A stretch of DNA of 64,000 nt, taken from NCBI GenBank assembly GCA_032128875.1, contig JAVLKG010000010.1, forward strand, positions 1 through 64,000, in the 5' to 3' direction. This DNA comes from Candidatus Melainabacteria bacterium 17Bon1m (GTDB lineage Bacteria > Cyanobacteriota > Vampirovibrionia > Obscuribacterales > Obscuribacteraceae). The notes beneath the pieces were generated by a model. The model worked only from the letters and a program-made list of their open reading frames with translations, searched no databases and was not told the DNA's origin. The position numbers and the translations under genes are program-made. Of this stretch, positions 56,224 to 64,000 are shown in pieces. Each line of letters opens with the position of its first letter. Position 1 is the stretch's first letter.

Positions 56224-58308
56224 ATGGCAGAAAGCAAGAGAGACCAGATCGACGACATGACCAAGGAGCTGGCCTCGACGGCGCCGGTTTCTTCCGATGG
56301 TTTTCTAGAGCTAGAGCCGGGGCGCGTACTTCTGGAGAAGTACAGGGTTATCTGCTTGCTCGGGCGGGGCGGCATGGGCAGCGTTTATCGTGTGGAACAC
56401 CTGCAGTTGCAACGGGAATACGCACTTAAGTTTTTACACAAGCAGCAAACCAACGATGCCGCTTGGCGTCGTTTTGAAACAGAAGCCCGCGCCGCTAATA
56501 AACTAGACCATCCAAATCTCGTCAAAGTCCATGATTCCGGGCTTCTGGAAAACGGGCAGCCATATTTCATAATGGACCTTGTGGAAGGCGAAAGCCTCGC
56601 CGATATGTTGAAAGACATAGGGCGTCTTCCAGTCGACAAAGCCCTCAAGATTTTTATTCAGGTTGGCTTTGCCCTTAGTTATGCACATTCCAATGGCGTC
56701 ATTCACCGGGACATCAAACCGAGCAACATCATGATTGCATCTACCGACACGGAAGGTGCTCATAGTGTGCTTGTGAAGGTGGTGGATTTTGGAATCGCAA
56801 AGTTGACTGGTCAAGACGAATTCAATCAGCAAACATTGACGAAGACCGGTGAGATTTTCGGCAGCCCGCTTTACATGAGCCCTGAGCAATGCCTGGGTAT
56901 TTCCATCGACAAGCGATGCGACTTGTATTCTTTAGGTTGCGTGATGTTTGAAGCACTAACTGGCGCACCACCTTTGGTGGGTGAAAATGCGCTCGCAACT
57001 ATGATGAAACACCAATCCGAAATTCCTGTCACTCTCAAGGAAGCTTCGATGGGCATAGAGTTTCCTGAAAAGATGGAATCAATAGTCGCGCAACTTTTAG
57101 AGAAAAAACCAGACAACAGATATCAATCAGCGCAGCACCTTACGGCAGATCTAGTCGGACTAGACTCTGGTCAACACAGTATATTTGAACCATTTCGCCC
57201 GCGCCCAACTCTTACAATTCGAGAGAAGGGACACAACCCTTGGACTTTGATATTTTACGGCTCCTGTTTCTTGGCAGCAGGAACGATTTCAGGATGGGTC
57301 TGTGATGCATTGCGCGCGCCACAAAAGAAAGAAGCACCGGTAAAACTGAACACGTCGAATTTTGTAAATGTTTGGGATCCCGCAACCGAGCAAAGTAAGT
57401 TAGCTTCCAAACAGCGCAACGAATCGGAAGAAGTTATGTTGGCGCTGGAAAAGCAACCAGGATACTTCTCAACATTCGGCTCTCAGCCTGGAGAGCGCAT
57501 CTTCTATTTCCCAGAAGAAGGAATAGGCAACCTTTTCTACAGCAAGAGAAATCGCCCTCCCGCTAGTGGAAAAATGACATTTCGAAACTTCGGAGGACTG
57601 GCTTTAATCCCGTCTGAGCAGTTTCAAAAGCATCCAAAGCTATTTAAGAAATTTCGCGCAGACGATATTAAGTTTCTCGATTTGCAGTCTAGTGCACATT
57701 TGTTGAACCTCAATGAAAAGGATATGTCAGCGGCTAACGATGCACTATTCGGCATCAGCCATTTGACCAGAATCGAAGTAATTGACTTAGGTGACACGAT
57801 CATTACGCCAGAAGGATTAATGCAAGTAGATAAGCTTCCCAATTTGTCCAGGCTGCTTCTGACTCGCATTAATCTTCCGGGCTCTGAAATTGCACGTCTT
57901 CATTGTCTGACGCGTCTCACGTTTTTGAAAGTAGTGAATACGAAGAACATCAAACCGCTTTTACAAAAGCTCCAGCATTCGCGAAAGATGATGTACCTAG
58001 TGCTGACTGGATGCGATCTCGACGCGAACGATTTAAAGTTGGTGGCAAATATCAAAAATCTCAGAAGCTTGGAGATTGCGCAAAACGAGCGCATAACGGA
58101 CGATGCTTTAGCCAACCTTCCTCAAAATCTAGACGATTTAGACATAAGAGGATGTCCCGTCACAAGCAAAGGTGCGATGCACTTGCTTCGATTGAAAAAA
58201 CTGCAGACTTTGCGACTGGACACAAGGGGTTGGTCGAACGCAGAGATGGAGGCATTTAAGAAGCACATTCCACGGACGACATTTTTCGATGGAGAACTCC
58301 AAAGATGA
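56224..58308 (+). CDS. Hanks-type Ser/Thr protein kinase with TM and C-terminal leucine-rich repeats
   Basis: LGRGGMG, YALK, HRDIKPSN, DFG, GSPLYMSPEQ, DLYSLG; TM segment; LRR-like LxxLxxLxL units. Confidence 0.95.
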   Translation: MAESKRDQIDDMTKELASTAPVSSDGFLELEPGRVLLEKYRVICLLGRGGMGSVYRVEHLQLQREYALKFLHKQQTNDAAWRRFETEARAANKLDHPNLVKVHDSGLLENGQPYFIMDLVEGESLADMLKDIGRLPVDKALKIFIQVGFALSYAHSNGVIHRDIKPSNIMIASTDTEGAHSVLVKVVDFGIAKLTGQDEFNQQTLTKTGEIFGSPLYMSPEQCLGISIDKRCDLYSLGCVMFEALTGAPPLVGENALATMMKHQSEIPVTLKEASMGIEFPEKMESIVAQLLEKKPDNRYQSAQHLTADLVGLDSGQHSIFEPFRPRPTLTIREKGHNPWTLIFYGSCFLAAGTISGWVCDALRAPQKKEAPVKLNTSNFVNVWDPATEQSKLASKQRNESEEVMLALEKQPGYFSTFGSQPGERIFYFPEEGIGNLFYSKRNRPPASGKMTFRNFGGLALIPSEQFQKHPKLFKKFRADDIKFLDLQSSAHLLNLNEKDMSAANDALFGISHLTRIEVIDLGDTIITPEGLMQVDKLPNLSRLLLTRINLPGSEIARLHCLTRLTFLKVVNTKNIKPLLQKLQHSRKMMYLVLTGCDLDANDLKLVANIKNLRSLEIAQNERITDDALANLPQNLDDLDIRGCPVTSKGAMHLLRLKKLQTLRLDTRGWSNAEMEAFKKHIPRTTFFDGELQR

Positions 58309-60464
58309 TGCCCATGGATAACGACGCGACAAGGCCACTCAACGATGACGCCAATATAACTAGGTCCGGTTTTGCTGGTGCAGAACCCTCAATCGAATAT
58401 AAAGCAGACGACGTAATACTGGACCGATACAAAGTCATTCGCCTGCTCGGTCGTGGCGGAATGGGCAGTGTCTACGAAGTCGAACACGTAAATTTGCATG
58501 GACGCTATGCGCTGAAATTTTTGCATAAAACTCAGACCAATGATGCGGCATGGAGGCGTTTTGAAATAGAAGCCCGAGCTACAAACAAGCTCGAACATCC
58601 CAATCTCATTAAGGTGCATGACTTCGGCGTTCTGCCTAATGGACAGCCGTACTTCATCATGGATTTGGTCGAAGGGGAAACACTGGCAGACATCTTAAAA
58701 AAGAGAGGAAGGTTGTCTGTTGAGCAGACTATAAAGATGTTCATTCAAGTGGGATTTGCGCTGAGCTATGCTCACAGCAACGGCATCATTCACCGTGATA
58801 TAAAACCGAGCAATATCATAGTTGCGGCCTCGAGTGCCGATCGCACGGAAAGTTTTGGCAACACCGAAGATTCCCTGGTGAAGCTGGTCGATTTTGGCAT
58901 AGCAAAACTGACAGGGCAGGATGGTTTCAACCAGCAAACATTGACGCGAACAGGAGAAATTTTTGGTAGCCCACTCTACATGAGCCCCGAACAATGTCTA
59001 GGCATCGGCGTCGATCATCGCACCGATCTTTATTCACTGGGTTGCGTGATGTTTGAGGCGCTTACAGGATCGCCCCCGCTTGTTGGAGACTCAGCTCTCG
59101 CAACAATGATGAAGCACCAGACTGAAGAGCCCGTCTCCCTAAAAGAAGCATCACTCGGAGTTGTGTTTCCGAAGCGCATAGAGCAAGTTGTAAAACGTTT
59201 GCTAGCCAAGGATCTAAATGCGCGTTATCAATCTGCCGAACTTTTTACCGCGGATCTTGTGGGTTTGGACACCGAACAAAATCTTACGTCCGCCCTAACC
59301 GTTCTGCCAGCACCAATAGTCGAGAAGGAAGGTTGGCACCTCACTAAACCGGTCGGTATAGTCAGCGCTGCAACTTTGTTTGCGATTGGATTTTTCTTTG
59401 GTCTTGCAAATCGGCCAGAGAAAGTTGCGGAGTGGGTTGATGTAAAACCAGACAAACAAAACCATCAATTACCTCCGATTGGAGTATTGCCATCTCCAAA
59501 CTCGAGCATTCCTGCATTACCAGACTCTGATGCAACAAAACAAATCGACAAAGACTTCATTGCAGCAACAAAGATTAACTCGCCGTTTTCCGAGCTAAAG
59601 CCCCACAACACACGGGTATTCAACTTTCCAAACTTCGAGATTGGCGACTACCATGCAGCTGGCAATCCCCAAACAGCGCCACCATGGACAGTGCATGATT
59701 TTCAGGGAATCTATTTCCACCCTAATATAAATTTCCGAAGACACCCTCAATTGTTTTTGCGATTCCGCCCTGATGATATTCGAGCTCTGAATCTTTCCAA
59801 CACAAGAACCTTTCTAAACCTAGTCGCAGACAACCTTTCCGATGCAGATGCACTGCTTCCCTTTATCACCCACCTGAAGACAATCGAGATTCTAGGTGTT
59901 GCTGATTCGGAAATTTCTGCAAAAGGAATGAAGTGCATTGGGCAACTGCCAAATCTCAAGGCATTGAATTTAGAACGCTCAACACTCAATGCGGAAGACC
60001 TCGTAAAAATGAGCAACTTATCGCACCTTTCACTGTTGTCGGTTTATTCGTTGCCTGACGCGCGGCCAATTATCAATGCTTTAAGAACGTCGAAGAATTT
60101 GAACATACTTCGCCTAATTAGCTGCAACGTGGAAGGAAAACAACTGGAGCAGTTAGCTAACTTTCCATCACTGATTGAGTTAGATCTCTCAAAAAATCCG
60201 CTGATCACCGATGCAGAAATGCATCTGATGCCAAAGCACTTGCAGACTCTTTCGCTGATTGGATGCCCGGTTTCGCCTGCCAGCACAAAGCAGCTGGCAG
60301 CAATGAAACAACTGCGTTTTCTTTTCCTGGACATATCCTTATGGAAGCCAGAACAAGTAAACAAACTGCAAGCACTGCTGCCCAAAACAGCAATTCAAAT
60401 TGCAAAGGAAAAGAGACGCACAAACTTCGCGCAAAATACACTAGATTGGGACTCTGAATATTAG
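58305..60464 (+). CDS. Hanks-type Ser/Thr protein kinase with TM and C-terminal leucine-rich repeats (tandem paralogue)
   Basis: Same kinase motifs; ATGA overlap with the preceding kinase. Confidence 0.95.
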   Translation: MMPMDNDATRPLNDDANITRSGFAGAEPSIEYKADDVILDRYKVIRLLGRGGMGSVYEVEHVNLHGRYALKFLHKTQTNDAAWRRFEIEARATNKLEHPNLIKVHDFGVLPNGQPYFIMDLVEGETLADILKKRGRLSVEQTIKMFIQVGFALSYAHSNGIIHRDIKPSNIIVAASSADRTESFGNTEDSLVKLVDFGIAKLTGQDGFNQQTLTRTGEIFGSPLYMSPEQCLGIGVDHRTDLYSLGCVMFEALTGSPPLVGDSALATMMKHQTEEPVSLKEASLGVVFPKRIEQVVKRLLAKDLNARYQSAELFTADLVGLDTEQNLTSALTVLPAPIVEKEGWHLTKPVGIVSAATLFAIGFFFGLANRPEKVAEWVDVKPDKQNHQLPPIGVLPSPNSSIPALPDSDATKQIDKDFIAATKINSPFSELKPHNTRVFNFPNFEIGDYHAAGNPQTAPPWTVHDFQGIYFHPNINFRRHPQLFLRFRPDDIRALNLSNTRTFLNLVADNLSDADALLPFITHLKTIEILGVADSEISAKGMKCIGQLPNLKALNLERSTLNAEDLVKMSNLSHLSLLSVYSLPDARPIINALRTSKNLNILRLISCNVEGKQLEQLANFPSLIELDLSKNPLITDAEMHLMPKHLQTLSLIGCPVSPASTKQLAAMKQLRFLFLDISLWKPEQVNKLQALLPKTAIQIAKEKRRTNFAQNTLDWDSEY

Positions 60465-60482
60465 TCCTTTTCTAGACGTAAC

Positions 60483-60911
60483 CTAGTCTTCCGTAACTTG
60501 CGGACGCGTCAACAAATAAAACGAATACACACAAATTGAACTGAAGAAAATCACTGTCGCCGTGGCAACTGTGGTTTCAAAAAGCGCTCGCTGCAAATCG
60601 CCACTGATAAAAGCTTGCAAGAACACAGATGCTAAAGCCAGCGGGATAAAGAGAATTACTTTTTGATAGTGCTCAATCCAAAAGCGAAATTCGCAGGTGT
60701 TATCTCTCTTCTTGCATTCGCAGATATTGCCGTGACGCATGCCGCCGCGAGGCAATAGAGTCAGATATCTTGGTGCAAGCGCAATGGCGAAAGGGGCGCA
60801 GACGATAAACTGCCGCCAGTCTCCGGAGTAAACTCCGTACAAAATCGCACAAATAATTGAGCCTGCTATCCCAATAGAAAGAAAGACTTTGAGGTCGTTT
60901 GATAATTGCAT
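60483..60911 (-). CDS. hypothetical four-TM membrane protein
   Basis: 142-aa ORF with four hydrophobic segments. Confidence 0.65.
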   Translation of the reverse strand: MQLSNDLKVFLSIGIAGSIICAILYGVYSGDWRQFIVCAPFAIALAPRYLTLLPRGGMRHGNICECKKRDNTCEFRFWIEHYQKVILFIPLALASVFLQAFISGDLQRALFETTVATATVIFFSSICVYSFYLLTRPQVTED

Positions 60912-61135
60912 CAGGAATCCAAACTAGGCGGGTGCGCAAACCTTACAGCTTTAATGAATTTGCCCCGGTAAAGCCATGCCATATCCCGCGTGATGGCGCT
61001 TCTCAAAGATACTTTACATCCACACAAGCCAGCGGCCAACCCTTCGGGTGGATCATTTAAAACTTCTGTACACCGTGCCAGAATAGGGGGCTTAGTTCTT
61101 TTGCCAATTATCTTCGCCGATTCGGGATATTTAAA

Positions 61136-61816
61136 ATGAAAAACAAAAACGCCTTTGTACCTTGCCTGGCTGCGCTGGCGCTGACTCTTGCGGCTCCACT
61201 ACAGGGGTTTTGTGCTGACGCCTCGCCCACTGCAAAAGAGGCTCTGGAGAAGCTGAAATCCGGCAACACACGGTACTTGAGCGGAATATCCAGTGTGCCG
61301 CGCATAGACACTCACCGTCGAGAAGAAACCGCAACCAGAGGACAACGCCCAATAGCCACAGTTTTGGGTTGCTCGGATGCTCGCGTCCCCCCTGAAATTG
61401 TTTTTGACCAGAGGTTCGGCAACCTCTTCGTCATCCGCGTAGCCGGCAATGTGACGGGCACATCAGAGGTCGCTTCAGTTGAATATGGGGTCCAATATCT
61501 CGGCACCCCGCTTGTTGTGGTTCTCGGACATTCGGCTTGCGGCGCTGTGCAGGCGGCCGTGGAGAAAACACCTTTAGACGGCAAGCTGCCAAAACTGGTC
61601 GAATTAATCTCACCGGCAGTCGATTCGGCAAAGAAAGCCAAGCCCAATGCCAAAGGGCCGGAACTCATGGAAGCCGCAGTAGAAGCAAACGTTCGGCATC
61701 AAATGAGCGAACTGTCAAAGAGCGACGTGATGAAGAAGGCGCTCAGCAACAAGAAAGTGACGATTGTCGGGGCGATTCGCAATATTAATAGCGGCGCTGT
61801 CCGCTGGCTCGACTAG
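61136..61816 (+). CDS. exported beta-class carbonic anhydrase
   Basis: Signal peptide; LKSGNTRY, GCSDARV, IRVAGN, SVEYGV and GHSACGA zinc-ligand motifs. Confidence 0.95.
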   Translation: MKNKNAFVPCLAALALTLAAPLQGFCADASPTAKEALEKLKSGNTRYLSGISSVPRIDTHRREETATRGQRPIATVLGCSDARVPPEIVFDQRFGNLFVIRVAGNVTGTSEVASVEYGVQYLGTPLVVVLGHSACGAVQAAVEKTPLDGKLPKLVELISPAVDSAKKAKPNAKGPELMEAAVEANVRHQMSELSKSDVMKKALSNKKVTIVGAIRNINSGAVRWLD

Positions 61817-61820
61817 ATAC

Positions 61821-62048
61821 CGTGGGGGCGTGTTGCACGCGCCTTGTTTGCGTGGGGGCGTGTTGCACACGCCTTGTTTGCGTGGGGGCGCGTTGCACGC
61901 GCCCTTTTTGCGTGGGGGCGCGTTGCACGCGCCCTTTTTGCGTGGGGGCGCGTTGCACGCGCCCCGTTTCGTAGGGGAGGCACATGTGCCTCCCTGGCAG
62001 GGAGCCGCATGCGGCTCCCCTACAAGTGAAAGCCGCATGCGCCCCTAC
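61821..62048 (+). repeat. composite REP-like cluster (five 30-bp tandem units plus other palindromes)
   Basis: cgtgggggcg(t/c)gttgcac(g/a)cgcc at 61821, 61851, 61881, 61911 and 61941; then gggaggcacatgtgcctccc and gggagccgcatgcggctccc. Confidence 0.92.
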
Positions 62049-62107
62049 AAGTGAAAAACGTACTAAAATATGCAGCCTCACCACACCACAAGATCGGGGT
62101 TGTCAAA

Positions 62108-62653
62108 ATGTCAAAAGGTAAGGGAACCGAAAAGCTCTACGCATCTCGCATTGACCTGAGCGAAAAGGTCCGCGGCGAAATGACGCAGTTGCTCAACGAA
62201 TCACTGGCGTCAACACTAGATCTCTGGACACAAATCAAGCAAGCACACTGGAACGTCAAAGGCAAAGAGTTCTATCAATATCACCTGCTCTTCGATCAAA
62301 TCGCAGGCGAAGTTTACGAGTACATCGACATGATTGCGGAGCGCATCACCGCTTTGGGTGGTGTCGCAAACGGTACTACTCGCATGGCAGCCGAACATTC
62401 TGCATTGAAAGAGTATCCGAGCGACCTGGTGCAAGGCGAAGAGCACGTTGCAGCAGTCGCTGATCGCATGGCTGTCTACGGCAAGCACGTGCGCAGCGGT
62501 ATCGAGAAGGCAGGAGATGCAGATGCTGATACCGCCGATCTCTACACCGAAATTTCGCGCACGATCGATCAACGTTTGTGGTTCCTCGAGTCAATTCTCG
62601 TAGGCAGCAAATTCGAAGCGAAATCGGGAGAACTTGCTGGTTCGCGCCACTAA
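62108..62653 (+). CDS. dps: DNA starvation/stationary phase protection protein Dps
   Basis: KQAHWNVKG..F...HLLFD, D.IAERITALGG, DADTADL and LWFLES. Confidence 0.96.
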   Translation: MSKGKGTEKLYASRIDLSEKVRGEMTQLLNESLASTLDLWTQIKQAHWNVKGKEFYQYHLLFDQIAGEVYEYIDMIAERITALGGVANGTTRMAAEHSALKEYPSDLVQGEEHVAAVADRMAVYGKHVRSGIEKAGDADADTADLYTEISRTIDQRLWFLESILVGSKFEAKSGELAGSRH

Positions 62654-63857
62654 GCAGCGACTCCTGGTTCAACCATCGGAAATACAATTGAGTAAAATCG
62701 CAAGGACGGCCAATAGCAGCAAGCCCAATTCACGGGTGCGCTCGGCCGTCCTTGTTCTATTCATGTGCGCAGGTTTCACAATCGAGGCACTTTCATGCCA
62801 GTGGACAAGCCCTGCACAAGCTGCCGAGCAATTTTCAGCCTACGATGATGTTTTCTTTGATGCGCTCATTTTAAAGTCGAAAAGGAAATACAAAGCTGCC
62901 AACGAACTCTTTGCCAAAGCATCAAAAATGCGTCCGTCTGATCCTGAGCCATGGGCATTGCAAGCAAACTTGATGCTCAAAACAGGAAGGTGGAAAGAAG
63001 CAGAAGCTTACGCGCGAAAAGCTGTGGCATTGGATAAGGAATACGAGCAAGCGGTGCAGTATTTAGCCAACGCTTTGCTCTATCAAAACAAGCTCAAAGA
63101 AGGCATTGCAGAGTGCAAGAAGTGCTTGGCACTCAACCCGGAGAATAACTGGTCGCAGCACTATATGAGAATCGCGGAGCAGAAATTGCATCTCCCGATC
63201 ACCGACATTTTTGAAGGGCGCATAACGGAAGACAGAGCTTCCATGGAAGCAATTGCAAAATACTTGCAAGACCAAAAGTATGAAGACGCACTGAAGCTCA
63301 TCAACAAACACATAGCTAAATATCCGACCAATTCAAGCGGATACTTGAAACGCGCATATGTCTACGAAGTTATGCGCAGGCGAGACCTGGCAATTAAAGA
63401 CTATGACAAAATTCTCTCTATGTACCCGTGCCAGAAAGAGGCGCTCGATTTGCGCGCTCAGGCGTATCAAGCAATGAAGCAAGCCGGCAAGTCGGTGAAA
63501 GATTTGATCAAACTTGTGCGCAATGACAGCGACCATTGGAATACTCGCTTTAGACTCGCATTTGCATACATGGAGGCGGGCGATTACAAAGCGTCAAAAC
63601 GAGAATACACCGGTCTTTTGAAAGTGTACCCAAACTCTATTGAAGGTCTGACAGGGCGTGGATTAGCGCACCTCCGCGCCAAAGAGTACAAAGACGCTGT
63701 AGCGGACTATTCCAAAGCAATCGAGTGCGATCCTGACCGGAGCGCCAGCATGCACTACAAGCGCGGTCTCGCCTATGAAAAGTTAGGCGAAAAGAAGAAA
63801 GCCAGAGAAGACATTGCGCTTTCTAAGAAGATGGGCTACGACCCTAAAGAGTTTTAG
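62634..63857 (+). CDS. exported TPR protein
   Basis: Signal-like segment ending PAQA; multiple TPRs; start uncertain (probably downstream of 62634). Confidence 0.85.
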   Translation: MLVRATKQRLLVQPSEIQLSKIARTANSSKPNSRVRSAVLVLFMCAGFTIEALSCQWTSPAQAAEQFSAYDDVFFDALILKSKRKYKAANELFAKASKMRPSDPEPWALQANLMLKTGRWKEAEAYARKAVALDKEYEQAVQYLANALLYQNKLKEGIAECKKCLALNPENNWSQHYMRIAEQKLHLPITDIFEGRITEDRASMEAIAKYLQDQKYEDALKLINKHIAKYPTNSSGYLKRAYVYEVMRRRDLAIKDYDKILSMYPCQKEALDLRAQAYQAMKQAGKSVKDLIKLVRNDSDHWNTRFRLAFAYMEAGDYKASKREYTGLLKVYPNSIEGLTGRGLAHLRAKEYKDAVADYSKAIECDPDRSASMHYKRGLAYEKLGEKKKAREDIALSKKMGYDPKEF

Positions 63858-64000
63858 TACGTCTGTAGTGAATGAGAATTTGCGAGATGTCCTTTCAGAT
63901 TTTGCACTAACAACGCAATCTCCCAGACTGTTTGCTCGATTGTTTTAGCATCAGTGACGGCGGTGAAAACTTCAGTTTGTCCATTATCGCGAGGCACAAA
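63854..64000 (-). CDS. 3' end of a minus-strand gene running off the window
   Basis: 48 open codons (FVPRDNGQTEVFTAVTDAKTIEQTVWEIALLVQNLKGHLANSHSLQTY) ending in TAA that overlaps the convergent TPR stop. Confidence 0.5.
   Translation of the reverse strand, partial: FVPRDNGQTEVFTAVTDAKTIEQTVWEIALLVQNLKGHLANSHSLQTY

Noticed and set aside
60940-61135. Riboswitch upstream of carbonic anhydrase (accc-TTCG-ggt hairpin)
   Set aside because: Only a short tetraloop hairpin; no recognisable aptamer consensus.
61821-61970. CRISPR-like array of five 30-bp units
   Set aside because: The linkers are only about 6 nt and repetitive; this is tandem REP amplification.

Overview
A gene-dense bacterial chromosomal window. 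The lysA-cdaA linkage, GerMN and LmeA-like genes, a compact cyanobacterial-type RpoB scaffold, and expanded PAS histidine kinases, LRR Ser/Thr kinases and TPR proteins suggest a non-photosynthetic Cyanobacteriota (Melainabacteria/Obscuribacterales-like) genome. That assignment is inference only. Housekeeping genes: lysA, cdaA, pyrF, rpmE, beta-carbonic anhydrase, dps, three glycosyltransferases and two two-component pairs. The standout is an orphan, highly divergent RNA polymerase beta-subunit paralogue (30260-35107) with no rplL upstream and no rpoC downstream. It has a rewritten rifamycin pocket, altered RNA-contact residues and a ~560-aa acidic Pro/Ala-rich tail. It is translationally coupled to an exported TPR protein and followed by a VirB2/TrbC-pilin-like membrane protein, a secreted helical protein and a degenerate Replic_Relax-like wHTH protein. 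Other notable items: (i) a vWA / small membrane protein / tubulin-like GTPase with multi-zinc-ribbon tail / macrodomain locus; (ii) tandem TadG-like pseudopilins; (iii) several signal-less proteins, including putative Cys- and metallo-proteases, sharing an LPx[LF]x[LF] motif near residue 50; (iv) a rich set of palindromic REP-like repeats, some recruited in-frame into the CdaA and RpoB-paralogue tails. No tRNA, rRNA, CRISPR array or intact transposase was recognised. All family calls are by eye, without database searches.
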